A stretch of 58,438 nt of DNA, counting the filler, from Piptocephalis cylindrospora (Eukaryota): NCBI GenBank assembly GCA_003614145.1. It is 6 parts of 6 records of this genome, joined end to end, with 100 filler letters (N's around TTAATTAATTAA, not from the genome) between each part and the next. Parts side by side here need not be neighbours in the genome. Positions count along the whole stretch, not along the records: positions 1 to 9,708 come from KZ988072.1; positions 9,809 to 19,507 come from KZ988073.1; positions 19,608 to 29,301 come from KZ988074.1; 3 more parts are not named here. One strand, 5' to 3'. The translations under genes and the position numbers were made by a program. Each line of letters starts with the position of its first letter. Position 1 is the first letter of the stretch. Positions 8,714-20,672 of this stretch are shown here, piece after piece. The notes below the pieces were generated by a model. That model ran no database searches. It saw nothing but the letters and a program-made list of their open reading frames with translations, and was not told the DNA's origin.

Positions 8714-8853
8714 TTTAATTGATACTATCGCACCCAAATGGGTGCTAAAACCCGAAAGGGTTCCAGCCATTTCATAATGGCGATGAATATGAAAAAGATT
8801 ATACGAAACACGCACTGCGTGTCGAGTCAGGTGCATACACCTGCCTATTTAAT

Positions 8854-8937
8854 TGCCTACCGAGGGACTTGAACCCTCACACTGTTTACAGTTTCGACTT
8901 TTAAGGTCGAAGAGTCTACCTATTTCTCCAGGTAGGC
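8854..8937 (-). tRNA. trnL: mt tRNA-Leu (UAA)
   Basis: Acceptor GCCTACC/GGTAGGC, anticodon arm TCGAC-CT TAA AA-GTCGA, long variable arm. Confidence 0.95.
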
Positions 8938-9189
8938 TATATTAAAAACATAAATCTTATACACCCCCCAAAGGGGGGCGTAGTTTTTTTTTGTCGATAC
9001 TGTCGCCATCGTCTTCAAATCCATCATGCAATGATGGATTTGACACTAATGGCTAAGATCCTGACGAGTCTGAAGGTGCCTAGCAATCTAAGGGTTGCAA
9101 TTTAACACCTTTGGTGAAAAATCTCACGAGACACACACTTTTAGTGTGTTTCGAGTCAGGTGCATTGCACCTGTCTTATGTGATTTTAT

Positions 9190-9260
9190 TAACCCCTATT
9201 GGAATTGAACCAATGCAGGCATCATGAAAAAATGCTATCCTACCACTAGATGAAGGGGTC
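9190..9260 (-). tRNA. trnE: mt tRNA-Glu (UUC)
   Basis: Acceptor GACCCCT/AGGGGTT, anticodon arm GCATT-TT TTC AT-GATGC. Confidence 0.93.
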
Positions 9261-9555
9261 TTTTTAAACTTAAAAATTTAGGCAGGTGCAATGCACCTGA
9301 CTCGACACGCATTGCGTGTCTCGTAATTATTTCTTTTTTAAAAAATGTGCCCCGTTAGGGGGCTAGTCACCGATGTCAAATCCATCATTGCATGATGGAT
9401 TTGAAAATGGTGACGATAATACTGCAATAATATCGTGGACCACGCTATTTGCGTATTGATTATATAAAAATAGGCAGGTGCATGCACCTGACTTAACACG
9501 CAATGCGTGTTTCGCTATTACACATAAATTTAGTATCTAACTATGAAACCACGAT

Positions 9556-9628
9556 AGATCAGAGAGCGAATTGAACGCTCATATTCAGATTTGCAGTCCG
9601 ATACATTAACCATTTATGTTATCTGATC
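9556..9628 (-). tRNA. trnC: mt tRNA-Cys (GCA)
   Basis: Acceptor GATCAGA/TCTGATC, anticodon arm TCGGA-CT GCA AA-TCTGA. Confidence 0.95.
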
Positions 9629-9708
9629 TGTAGTTTAAATTTGCCGTCGTTTTCAAATCCATCATGCAATGATGGATTTGACACCGACGGCTAATAGCCT
9701 TTAAACCC

Positions 9709-9808
9709 NNNNNNNNNNNNNNNNNNNNNNNNNNNNNNNNNNNNNNNNNNNNTTAATTAATTAANNNNNNNNNNNNNNNNNNNNNNNNNNNNNNNNNNNN
9801 NNNNNNNN
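9709..9808. other. Artificial contig linker (also at 19508-19607, 29302-29401, 39068-39167 and 48767-48866)
   Basis: N44-TTAATTAATTAA-N44, which gives stops in all six frames. The flanking contigs decrease monotonically in length. Confidence 0.99.
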
Positions 9809-10166
9809 GCAAAGTTAGGAGGCTTTGAAGCCCGTTGGTTTCTGGAGGCTTCGCCTGACATGTCGTGTAAGGGATGAGTAATTGGAGAGGAGGTGGGTTG
9901 GTGGAGGCTCTCGTACTGGAACCATGCCCCATCCATCCAAGGATGACGCCTTATTATTACTGTTACACGATGAAGGCTGATATGTCAGGAGACACTAGCG
10001 GAGTGCATGAGATACTGGTACAGAGTCAATGGATGTATCATTCTCTGATGATGTGGAGGAAGAAAGATAGCGTGTGGATAGATCAAGATTGGTGTAAACC
10101 CAAATCATGGGAGGGAAAAACGCATCAGAAAAGATATATAAAAGATGGAGAGGGGGAGGAGGAAGA

Positions 10167-11481
10167 TTAAGTGGACGTCTGGAGGAGAAGGGCATCGAGT
10201 CGATCGATGACCTGGTGGATACTTGGTCTTTCCCGGGGTTCAACCACGAGCATGAACCGAATAAGCTCCTGGAACCCTTTAGAGTACCTAAGAGGGAATG
10301 ATGGAGGTATTTAGTAAAGGTGGGCGGGGAGAGAGAGAGGGGAAAGAGGAAGGGCCATGTGGATGGGGAGAGCTATACACATACTTGGTATGACCGGGTG
10401 GGAAGGACCATCGACCATTCTGAACGGCCATGGCCACACTTCCGCCCTGTTGATTGAGCTGGACATCAAAGGGAGATTCTCCGTAGGCCTGAGCGTACAG
10501 CAGACATCCTAGCGACTGCAAGATAAAGATGGGGGTGGGCAGATAGAGTGAGATGACATGGACGGGGAAATGTATCATCGCAACCGCATCTACTAACCCA
10601 AATGTCTACTCGTTCGTCCAGTCGGGTCCCAGTCTTGATGTCAAATAATTCAGGGGCTCTATAGGCCATGGAGCATTGCTCTGCTGCTTTATCCTGTGAT
10701 GAGGGTGGGAAAGATGGATCAGTCAAGGCTGTCCCTACCTATCCTCAGATTCGCTCGAAAGGTATACCTGTTCAAAAAGACCCTGTTGTCGAGTGCGTAT
10801 GTGGATCCTAGCACGTTGCATACTGCCAAAATCCATAAGGATGGGGGTCATGCCATCATCAGCGATGAGGACATTACCGGGCTTGATATCCCGGTGTGCA
10901 TAGGCAACGTGCCTCTCAGCCCCGGTCCCATCCACATCTCGTTCCTCCAGCTCCATCCCGTAGCCCTCATCCAGGGAGTCGGCCCGACGAGCCGGGACCT
11001 CGGGGAGCTCATGGTCATGGAGGGCACGGACGGCGTAGGCGACACCACGAAACATTCGTAGGATGCTTCGTTCGGTGGGCCCCGTCTCTCCGGATCCGGA
11101 CTCCGTAGGGGGCAGAGAGTCCTGAAGGGTGCCGTGTCGGTAGTAGGGCAGGAAGATGTAGACAGTCTTGCTCCCATCCTTGCCCTGGACCACACAAACA
11201 TCCAGGATGCGGATGATGTTGGGATGTGTGAACATTCGATAGGTTTCGGCTTCTTTGAGCGCTTCTTTGACGCTATCGGTGCCGTCAGGACAGTAGATTT
11301 TCTTGCAAGCGTACAATCGGGTCGTGGCCACGTCCTGAACTAAGTAAACAACCGAGAAGCCCCCCTCGCCCAGGAGTTTGGTGACCTTGAAGGTCCTACT
11401 GTTGATGTGCAGTGTCTGGACCGGGAGACAGCATGCCATGGCAGCATGGGCCGTTTCACGCAGGAGACCCAGGAAGGACAT
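10167..11481 (-). CDS. ENV7: NAK-family Ser/Thr kinase, Env7/STK16-like (4 exons; introns about 10767-10694, 10597-10516 and 10384-10288)
   Basis: Motifs LGEGGFSVVYLV, YACKK, HRDIKPGNVL, ILMDFGS, YRAPELF, DIWSLGC and EPRERP, plus an N-terminal MACC palmitoylation-type motif. The GT-AG introns restore the frame. Confidence 0.88.
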
Positions 11482-12040
11482 GATGGAGGGAGGAATGGGC
11501 AGGAGATGGGATCGGAGGAGCAAATGGAGGAAGAGTGGGATGGAGGCGGCCGAGACGGGATGTGGGATGGAGGTATGGGGAAAGAGTGGGGAAGCAAGAG
11601 TGGGGAGAGGCGGGGCCAAGGGGGAAAGGGATGCGGAGTCTCTTGGAAACGACCTTGTCCTCAGCCTATAAAGATGCCGGGATATGAGATTTAAGGAAAG
11701 GGGGGAAGCGAGACACTCGACCGTGTGTTGGTGTGTGGGGAGCCCCACCTGGACAAGGCACTGAGGAAGGAGCGGGGAGGAGGAGATGGAGATGAATTCA
11801 TGCTGTTGGTGTGTGTGTGTGTGTGTGTGTATTATTATTATGTATGTGTGTTACCTGGGGATGACTGAGGGGATCAGGTTGGCTGTGGTTTACTCAGCGG
11901 GAATGTATGCTCAGGGGAGAAGACCAGAGAGCGATGGGAGGGAAGGGAGAAGCGAGTGATGTTTTATACTATGGTACAGGGTGGAGTATTAAGCCTTTAC
12001 CCGGGAAAAGGGCCCTATCTCATGCGGATGGATTGGGTGA

Positions 12041-13361
12041 TTATTTGGGGGAGGAAGCCGTGGAGGGGTCATTAGAATTTGGATTGGCAGGAGTGGAGGA
12101 GAAGGGAGGGAAAAGGTCGGGTTGGCGTCGAAGCTGTCGGATATCTTCTCTTTCCGCCTGGACCAGTAGGCTGTGAATCAAGACCCGCTCCACCTGACCA
12201 TCTCTCTCTTCCCACTGAATATGTGAAGGATGGGGGAGGGTGAGTGAGAAAGGAAGATTGATCCTTATCCTCACTTTACCAAGCAAAAGATCCAAGGACG
12301 CATCTTTACCTCTTCGAGTAAGGCCGAGGGGACAAGCGGGATTCCTGGGGAGGCGAAACGACGGGACATCCTCTCGCTCATCCTTCGTGCGCCCTCTTGA
12401 ATCCTTGACGAGACTTGTAAATCTGGTGTTGTTGCAACATGAAGGGGATAAGGGAATGAGGGGATGGGAAGCATCTATGCAGTATCACGCGTCTCAAGAG
12501 CTTACCACGTTGCCTCATTCGATTCCTCTCCAGATCTTCATTGGCATACTGCCACACATGGTAGGGAAGGAGGGACTGGGCCGCATCGGTCCAGTGACTC
12601 CATCGAACACTGAGGTCCCTAGGGGTCAAGGTGGTCGTGGCAAGATGATCCATGGTCAGGGCTCTTAGAAAGTTTTCTCGAACACAGTTCCTTCTATTTG
12701 TCTCTTCCTCAGTCCAAGGGATTGGTGGGGTTACTTTTGGAGCCGATGAGGTTGGAGGGACGGGACTTTGAGTAGAGGGAGTGGAAGGGATGGTGCTTGG
12801 AGCAGAGGAAGTGGAAGGGATGGCGCTTGGAACAGAGGAAGTGGGAGGGATGGTGCTTGGAGCAGCGGGAGTGGGTATCCGTGCTTGGGGGGGGAGGGGG
12901 ACATGGCGCTTCTTGGAATATTTTCCCGATTTGATGTATTTCCTTTTCCCGGCGGGTCCAATGGTTGGCGAGGTAGCCGGGGTAGATTGGGCCGAGGAGA
13001 CGGGGGAGGAGTAAGAGGAAACAGATGGACTGGTGGCTGGGGAGGTTTGGGTGGAGGAGAAGGGGGAGGAGTGTGCCGAGGCCTCCAAGGAGGGCTGTGT
13101 GGTGATGGGATGAGGCAAGAGCCTGATCCTAGGGAGAAGGATCGGTTCCTGGTGGGTCTTGGATGCGGGTTGGGACGTTGATGGCGTGGAGGATGGTTGG
13201 CTATCCACGATAGGCTGTGATGTCGGCGGCCTAGAGACCTGGTTCACTTCCACGGTAAGCGGTAATGTGGAGGGCTCGGTGGGTCGAGTGGGTGGGATCG
13301 AGTCGGACCGAACGGATGGCGGGGTGGAGGGACGGTGAGACGGGCTGTCCGAAGGACCCAT
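12041..13361 (-). CDS. GLTSCR1/BICRA-domain protein with Pro/Ser/Thr-rich N-terminus (probably 3 exons)
   Basis: WSHWTDAAQSLLPYHV matches the GLTSCR1 'DA..RLLPYHV' motif. There is a basic NLS-like KRKYIKSGKYSKKR and a 30-nt tandem repeat at about 12770-12865. Downstream exons are inferred from GTAAG/GTAAAG donors. Confidence 0.6.
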
Positions 13362-14468
13362 GACCACGATCACTGAAAAGGCTGTGCCGTAAAGAGCGTT
13401 GGGGGTACACGGACAAGGAAGGGAAAGACACTGAGGTTGAACGAAGGAGGGACGGGTGAAGAATAACAATAACAACAACAACAATAGCTGGACTGATGGT
13501 ACGGGTCGCGTACAGTGTGCTTGTTATTCAAGAGGACAAGGAAGGTGGAGTGGGAGGGGGAAGCACTGGAGAGACTTGGATGAGTGTTCAGGGAAGAGGG
13601 GTTTTGTGTGTGTGGGCGTGCGTGTGTGCGTGCGTGTATGGGGGGGAGAAGAGAGCAGCACATGTGCATTAGAAGAGGAGACTGAGACCGAGTCATCATC
13701 GCAAGAGAGTGAAGGGGATGGTATTTATACTGGTCAGGTTGAGCTGGGATGGGCAGTGGAAGGGACACAGGGGGACAGCAGGGCCGACCAAGACGATATG
13801 TCCTTAGTATCTAGAGTGTCCATCTTCGCTCGTTAGGATAGGGTGATCCAAGGTGCATATCCTGGAAGAGGACGGAAGAGCATAGTATGGTATGGAAAGG
13901 ATGCTTGACTGTCCTTCTGACCTTTGCCGAGACACTCATTCAGACAAGAGACATCACCCTATCGATCCTTCAATGCGATACGCCTTAGATGGATAGCCCA
14001 ATCACTCGTCCTCTCCTTCCCATCTAGAGATCATCCGGGGAAAAGGCCATGGGAAACAACTCAGCAAGGGAGGTGGGGGTAGCCTGACCATCAGGATTGA
14101 CCAGGAGGACGGCGAGATGAGGGCCGAATTCCCTCATGAATTGCCGACAGATCCCGCAAGGGGAGGAGGCGTCGGCCCTGTCCCTGATGGAGGAGAGGGG
14201 AATGAGATGGGAGGCGAATCCAACGGATGGGGACAGGTGTATAATCCAAGAGATGAGACGGACACTTACGTGGCGACAGCGATTCCAATGAATTCTCGAT
14301 GTCCCTCGCTCTAGTAGCGGGGTCAGTCAGTTAGGGAGAAGCTACCCATCTCTCTCACATTGTATGCTGAGCCCATGAATTACATACCACTGCCTTGACA
14401 AAGGCTGTACGTTCAGCACATATCGCCGCACCTAAGCATGTCACAGACAGGGATGGACAAATTAATCA

Positions 14469-14690
<222 letters not shown>

Positions 14691-15153
14691 CTACCTTTCA
14701 ATGAAGCCTGAATCATGTCGGCCTTATGAGTCTCTGGGATCTCGGGTCTTGGTGAGTCTGACATGGTTTGAGGGTGTGGCCTGGATAGTAGTGATGGCAG
14801 TATAGACTGGCTGGCGATGAGGATAGTGGAAGGGTAATGAGGATGAGAACGACGAAGGATGATGAAGGATGAGAAGAGTAAAGTCAAAGGGAGGCTGTTC
14901 TCAAGGAAAGGAAAGCCTCATCAGAAACCACTTCCCCCTTCTTTATACCCCTCCATAGACATGACGTCTACCCCGCCCATACTCCGACAAGGACGGATTA
15001 GAACGTGGGAAACTCAACACACCGACAACGTGTTATCGTCCTCTGTTGACCTTACGCTATGCAACACTACAAAGATGATTTATTTTCCCTGTCGCAAATG
15101 ATTCAATCACTCTCCTTGTGACGACCCCCCAGTCCGTACACAGAGACCTTCAT

Positions 15154-16404
15154 TCAGGAAAGAATGCGGGTCTTGATGGTCTCGGGGACCTTGGCAAGCT
15201 CTTGCCTTAGGCTTCCAGCCACCTCGTCATCGGTCTTGCCTTGAGCCTCGCCGGCATCAAGGGAGAGGTCGAGCATAAGGTAGGCCAGGGCGCCACGGCT
15301 CTCACAAATCTGCTTCTCGACATTGAAGGAAGAGAGGATCTCGTTGATACGACCCAGAACACCAGGAACATTGTTGTGCATGTGGAGGACACGGATGATC
15401 CTCTTGCCATTGGCCCGGAGATCCACCTCGGGCACATTGACGGCGCCCAGGGAGGAGCCCCGGGAGATGAAGCGAAGAAGGGCCGAGGACACTTCGATTC
15501 CAATGGCCGACTGGGCCTCCTCGGTCGACCCTCCGATGTGCGGGGTAAGGATGGTGTTGGGACAATCCCGGAGGGCCGACTCAAAGCCCGGGCCGTTGGA
15601 CCGAGGCTCCTTGGGATACACATCTACGGCGGCTCCTCCAAGGGCGCCGGAACGAAGGGCAACGGCCAGGGCGTCAATGTCCACCACGGTGCCGCGGGAC
15701 GCGTTGATGAGGAAGGCTCCAGGACGCATCTTCTCCAGTTGGTCCTTGCCGATCAACGACCGGGTCTCCGGGGTCTCCGGGACGTGCAGGGTGACCACGT
15801 CGGCGCGGGAGAGCAGGTCATTGAGGGAGGCGGTGGGCCTGGCGGCACCCAGGGGCATGAGCTGAAGTACATCGTAGAAGATAACATGCATGCCCATGGC
15901 CTCGGCCAGGACGGAGAGTTGGGTACCAATGTGACCGTACCCCACGATACCCAGAGTCTTGCCGCGGATCTCGTAGCATTGGGCCGACACCTTGTTCCAC
16001 ACGCCCTGATGCATCTCCCGGTTGCGGTCGCCCAGTTGCCGGGACAAGGTGATGATCTCGGCAATGACCAGTTCAGCCACACTGCGACTGTTGCTGAAGG
16101 GGGAGTTGAAGACGGCGATGCCGGCGGCGGACGCAGCCTCCAAGTCCACCTGGTTGGTCCCGATGCAGAAGCAGCCGATGGCAATGAGGTTGGGGGCATC
16201 GGCGATGAGGCTGGCCGTCAGCTGGGTCTTGGAGCGGATCCCGACAATATGGGCAGTTTGCAACTTTTCCCGAAGTTCAGCCTCGGGTAATGCCTTGGTG
16301 TGATGCTCCACGTCAATGCCCGCGGCCCGAAAGCTTTCTACGGCGGCAGCATTAACGTTTTCCAGGAGGAGGGCACGGATACCCTTGATGGTGGCTGGGG
16401 ACAT
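15154..16404 (-). CDS. SER3: D-3-phosphoglycerate dehydrogenase (Ser3/Ser33 type), intronless
   Basis: Motifs GIRSKT, GCFCIGTNQVDL, FNSPFSNSRSVAE, GYGHIG, INASRG and TPHIGGSTEEAQ, plus a C-terminal ACT domain (HNNVPGVL). Confidence 0.95.
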   Translation of the reverse strand: MSPATIKGIRALLLENVNAAAVESFRAAGIDVEHHTKALPEAELREKLQTAHIVGIRSKTQLTASLIADAPNLIAIGCFCIGTNQVDLEAASAAGIAVFNSPFSNSRSVAELVIAEIITLSRQLGDRNREMHQGVWNKVSAQCYEIRGKTLGIVGYGHIGTQLSVLAEAMGMHVIFYDVLQLMPLGAARPTASLNDLLSRADVVTLHVPETPETRSLIGKDQLEKMRPGAFLINASRGTVVDIDALAVALRSGALGGAAVDVYPKEPRSNGPGFESALRDCPNTILTPHIGGSTEEAQSAIGIEVSSALLRFISRGSSLGAVNVPEVDLRANGKRIIRVLHMHNNVPGVLGRINEILSSFNVEKQICESRGALAYLMLDLSLDAGEAQGKTDDEVAGSLRQELAKVPETIKTRILS

Positions 16405-16957
16405 GGTGGGGATGGTGGTGGAGCTGGGGACGAGGGGAGGGGTGCTGGCCACTTTAGGTAGGAAGGGTAGATGATAGGAAGAGGAAGAAGAAGATGGATA
16501 GTGAAGGTGGATGCTCGATAGGGCCCTTAAGGCTGCTGCATCATCCGGGTCGGTAAGTCTTTATATCTCGTGCCATCCGTTGCCCTCATCTTTTCCGTCG
16601 CTCACAGGTATTCTCTCAGCCTGCACATAGTTGGGGGGAGGGGCGATGGATAAGCCCGCAAGATGATCTCTCTGCCGAGGGCGATAGTCCCCCTAGAGGC
16701 AGATGTCGGGAGATGGTGGGTGGGAGAAACCGATTGGGCGGTAAAGGCGCGGGAGAAGTGTAGGCGATACAATGTGGGTCTTTAAGGTGAGGACTGGGAA
16801 AAAGAGCAGTATTTATTGGTTGGAGATGAGGGAATGTCCTCCGGCGGGGAGTGGGGGAAGAGGGGGGGAGGGCATTTTATTATCTATGGGGTATTATGTG
16901 TGTCTATCTCTGTGTAGAAGCACCATGATTCACTATGGGCTGGAGGGGCGAGTGAGC

Positions 16958-17080
16958 ATGAGTGTGAATAATAAGAGCATAAGTGTATGAGCAGGAGAGT
17001 ATGGGTGTGAATAAGAGTGTACGAGTGTGAATAAAAGACTACGAGTGTGAATAAGAGAAGAGTACGAATAGAGTGTGAGC
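16958..17080. repeat. Degenerate tandem repeat of a GAGTGTGAATAA(G/A)AG motif
   Basis: Roughly five imperfect copies lie in the intergenic region upstream of SER3. Confidence 0.55.
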
Positions 17081-18221
17081 GTGGATTCTAATCTGCACGC
17101 TCATACACCAGGGACAGAGCGGAGGGCATCCTTCTGCTGATTGGTAGATGAAGCCCATATCAAAAGAGAAACAACCCCAACATATTGGATTAAAATCGCA
17201 TGTGGTGGTGCTTTTGGTTGTTTTCAAGCGGCGTGACCAGATAGCAGATTAGCAGCGGGAGAGAAAGGAGCGTGCGCACTTCCTCTTCCAGGAGGGGAGG
17301 AATGGGAGCCTTGGATGAGATGCGCCTCTATCTCCTTACTTTTGGGGGTCTGAGGATTTCATGGAGCAATGACATATCATCCTTGCTTGACCATGATGAT
17401 CCTGCTCGCTTCCGGATGGGATGGTCCCCAGTACAGCGCCTATCCCACCCATTCAGGACAATGGTGGCCTTGGAAGCAGAAGGGTCATAGCTTTACATCT
17501 TTCCCCTGAAAGAGTCATGATGTCTCATGGAAGGAGAGGCCGTGGGTTCAGAATAGTATCATGTGGATGACTAAATAGCTCAGAGCATCCTGGACAGAAC
17601 AATGTAATAGTAGGAGGATTATTATCTCAACCAGATTTAAATCACTCACCATTGAATGGGCTGGCAGGGTTAGTGATCTTTGCTGGTAGAGCTTGATAAA
17701 CGGACTCCAGGTGCCGGGGGCCCCACCACCAAGCCCAAACGACCCACCATGCTGCTTCCCTTGATTCTCTCCTCCCCCTGTCAACCATCAGGACGAGGTG
17801 GGATTCCCTGGGAGGATGAACTTTTCCTACATCTCAGGGGCTTGGAGGAGAGTGTGGAGTAGATGGATCGTACAGGCATCCCCATTCCATGAAGACCGCC
17901 CGTCGTCGGTTGTCAAGCGAGTGGATTTTAAAGAGTCGAGAGGTGTCCCACCCTTGACTGTGTTCCCTGTTCCATAGGGTATCAAATAGACTTGAATTGA
18001 GGACGGTAGCAACAAGAGATGACGCTTGTATTTAAACTGAGAGGAGATGTTCCATGCAGCTCTCACCACCACCCTTCTACCTCCAAGTACATTTGACCAT
18101 TTCTTCTTTCCCTCTCTCCCTTGCTCCTCCACCATTACCCTATCTCCAATAAAGTTGTCCGGTACAACCTAGCTCTATCCTCGTCCCCACTCCATCCCCG
18201 TCTCCTCTCATCCTAGAATCC

Positions 18222-19507
18222 ATGGCTGATGCAAGCATGATGGCTGGGCCCACCCCACCGCTGTTGAATGCTACACCGGCAATCCCATTCAACCTTTCCT
18301 CTACCTTCCCCGAAATTCCCAACGTCTCCGATGGCGCTCTCTCCATTCCCATGGACCACCACCCCAAGTTGGCCTCTGATATTGTTCCTTTCGATTCCCC
18401 CATGCTCCCCAATCCAAAAAATCCACGGGAATATTTTATCGTTGGAGGCGCCAAGGTGGCCGAGCCCACCGAGTTCCCCTTCGCCGTAGCCCTCGAGGAG
18501 AATGGTCGATTCCAGATTTGCGGTGGTTCCATCATCCATCCCGAATGGGTGGTTACGGCCGCTCATTGTGCGTAAAAGAGATGGAGGAGAGGGGAAATGG
18601 GCATATGCTTCACCACTCATCTTATGCTCACTCTTGTTCTCCTCTTATAGGCCTGAAGACCCACAAGGTAAGAACCACGAGGCCGGATGAGTTGATGATC
18701 AGCTACGGCAGTCTGGCCAACCGAGCCAGGCGAAATCAGCTAGTCCGGGTTTCCAGGGTCATCCCGCATCCCGGATACGCGGGAAGCGGGACGGGAAATG
18801 ACATTGGTCTTCTACAACTTCAAAGACCCATCCCCATGACCCCAACCTCCCAGACCGTCAAGATCTCCACTGAGGGAGTCATGGAGGGTGAACTCCTCAC
18901 CATCGCTGGGTGGGGCGTCACGGATCCCGTCACCAACCACGCCTCTAGGGTTCTGAAGAAACTCGACATCCCCGTGGCCTCGCACAAGTCCTGTCGGTCC
19001 GCCGTCCGTAATTACCGCGAAAAGCATCTTGTATGCATCGGTGGTCACCCTGAACAAGGTCCGTGCTTTGGTGATAGTGGTGGTCCATTGGTCCGCTCCA
19101 GCGATCGGCCTGCCTCCTCCTCCTCCGTCTCCAACAGATCCCGGAAGAAGGGTGAAGAGGATCCTGGGTGGCAGCTCGTGGGCCTCACCTCCTTTGGCTC
19201 GGATATCAACGGGAGGAGTCCCGTCTGCGGCGCCGCCAATACCCGTGGCTTCTACACCCACGTCCACTCTTGGCTCCCGTGGATCAAGCAGATCACTGGT
19301 CTGACCGATGATGATCTTCTAGACTCAAAATCCATCAATTCCGCCGCTTCCTCCTCTCAACCCTCAAAGTCTTCCCCTGCCGTATTCGAGCCCGCTTCCA
19401 CCACCACCCTGACCATAACCATAACTAAAACCATTTCGGTTACCGTTCTCCCCTCCCCCGTCTCCCCTCATGTCGTAGCCACGGGTAACCCTATCCAGTT
19501 TCCCCCA
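18222..19507 (+). CDS. S1A (chymotrypsin/trypsin-fold) serine protease with Ser/Thr-rich tail; true start uncertain, 3' end truncated
   Basis: IVGG activation site and catalytic triad motifs TAAHC, NDIGLL and GDSGGP. The intron at 18568-18650 (GTGCGT...ATAG) joins the two ORFs. Confidence 0.9.
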
Positions 19508-19607
19508 NNNNNNNNNNNNNNNNNNNNNNNNNNNNNNNNNNNNNNNNNNNNTTAATTAATTAANNNNNNNNNNNNNNNNNNNNNNNNNNNNNNNNNNNNN
19601 NNNNNNN

Positions 19608-19789
19608 AGAGAAGGGGTGACCAAGGCAAGACCAGCGGTCTGAAGCTCCTTCAGTTCAGTCAGTCTCGCAAAGAGCGTGGCAGGGGTCAAGGCTTCTCCT
19701 ACAGTCTGGGCCGGTCTGTCCGAGGTGCCCCATAAGGCCGTGGCGGACTCCTGGATCGGAGGGTTGCTTTGGGTGGAGGATTGGGTCAT
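19608..19789 (-). CDS. 5' end of an unidentified gene, truncated by the contig edge
   Basis: The ATG follows a pyrimidine-rich leader, a TATA-like TATAAA lies at about 19990, and the frame is open to the contig edge (MTQSSTQSNPPIQESATALW...). Confidence 0.45.
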
Positions 19790-20672
19790 TGGCTGGGAGA
19801 GGAAATAATAAAAAGAAAGGGAATCAAGCACGGCGTAGATAAGAAGGAACAGAGAAAAAGAGAGGGAGGGAGGGAGGAAGGAGGAGGGAGGGAGGGAGGG
19901 AGAGAGATGAACAGGGGGGAGAAAGGGAGAGAAGGAACTCTTTCCAACCAGGTGGTTGCTAACTTGGGTGAGGCCGAGGCCAGGGCTTTTATACCTGGGG
20001 TGGGTGATGCTATTGTTGGGAGGGCCTCTTTCAAACACAGTAGGCACAAGCATCATCGGGGTTTGTATCCGAGGCAGGCTGGGAGGGCCACACCACCCAG
20101 ACACGGGTCAGTTTCCTACTACTACTACTACCACCTTTAGAAGGGACATGTGCGCATGATGGGCGGGGGGATGAAGAATGAGTAGGGCGCGGTCTCCTCA
20201 TCAATGGCGGTGGGGGAAGAGTCGGGAGAGGGGCGAGAGGAGAGGCTTGTGCCTAGCCCCCATCTATGCCTCTCCCCTCTGCCATGCCTCCTCTCTTCCC
20301 TCCCCCTCCATCGGACATAAAGGCACCATCGCTCGGTATTGTCCGTGGATGGGAGGATGTAAAAAGGGTGGTCATCACGTGTCAATTTAAGCTGGGAGAG
20401 GTAGGGTCTTATCACCCCAGAACGACAACACATACACAGTCAACTCTTTACAGAGTGCATGTGAGAAAGGCAAAGAGGACTCTCATCCATTGTTGCATAC
20501 AGGTCTCTCTTGTCATATTATTAGGATTCGTATTGAGTGATGGTGATGATGTGGATGGTAATAGAGCTGATGACTTGTCGAGAAAAAAAAAAGGACAAAA
20601 GAAAGAAAAAGGCACCTCTCCCCTTCCTCTCCCACGGACCATCCGTAGAAAGGAAAAAATAAATAAAGTCAA

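Larger units (their letters stand above)
8131..8850. repeat. Exact 360-bp tandem duplication (8131-8490 and 8491-8850) containing trnI(GAU) and hairpin elements
   Basis: The two units are identical line for line at an offset of 360. Confidence 0.92.

Noticed and set aside
176..9628. Chytrid-style 5' editing of tRNA acceptor stems
   Set aside because: All acceptor stems pair, with only G:U wobbles (e.g. G1:U72 in Met, Arg-UCG, His and Glu), so editing is not required.
96..9708. Interspersed palindromic repeats resembling a CRISPR array
   Set aside because: Spacing is irregular, both orientations occur, the intervening sequences are tRNA genes, and there are no cas genes. They are mitochondrial double-hairpin elements.
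9709..9808. Mitochondrial DNA next to nuclear genes (possible NUMT) and the recurring TTAATTAATTAA motif
   Set aside because: These are artificial linkers between size-sorted contigs, so no physical adjacency is implied.
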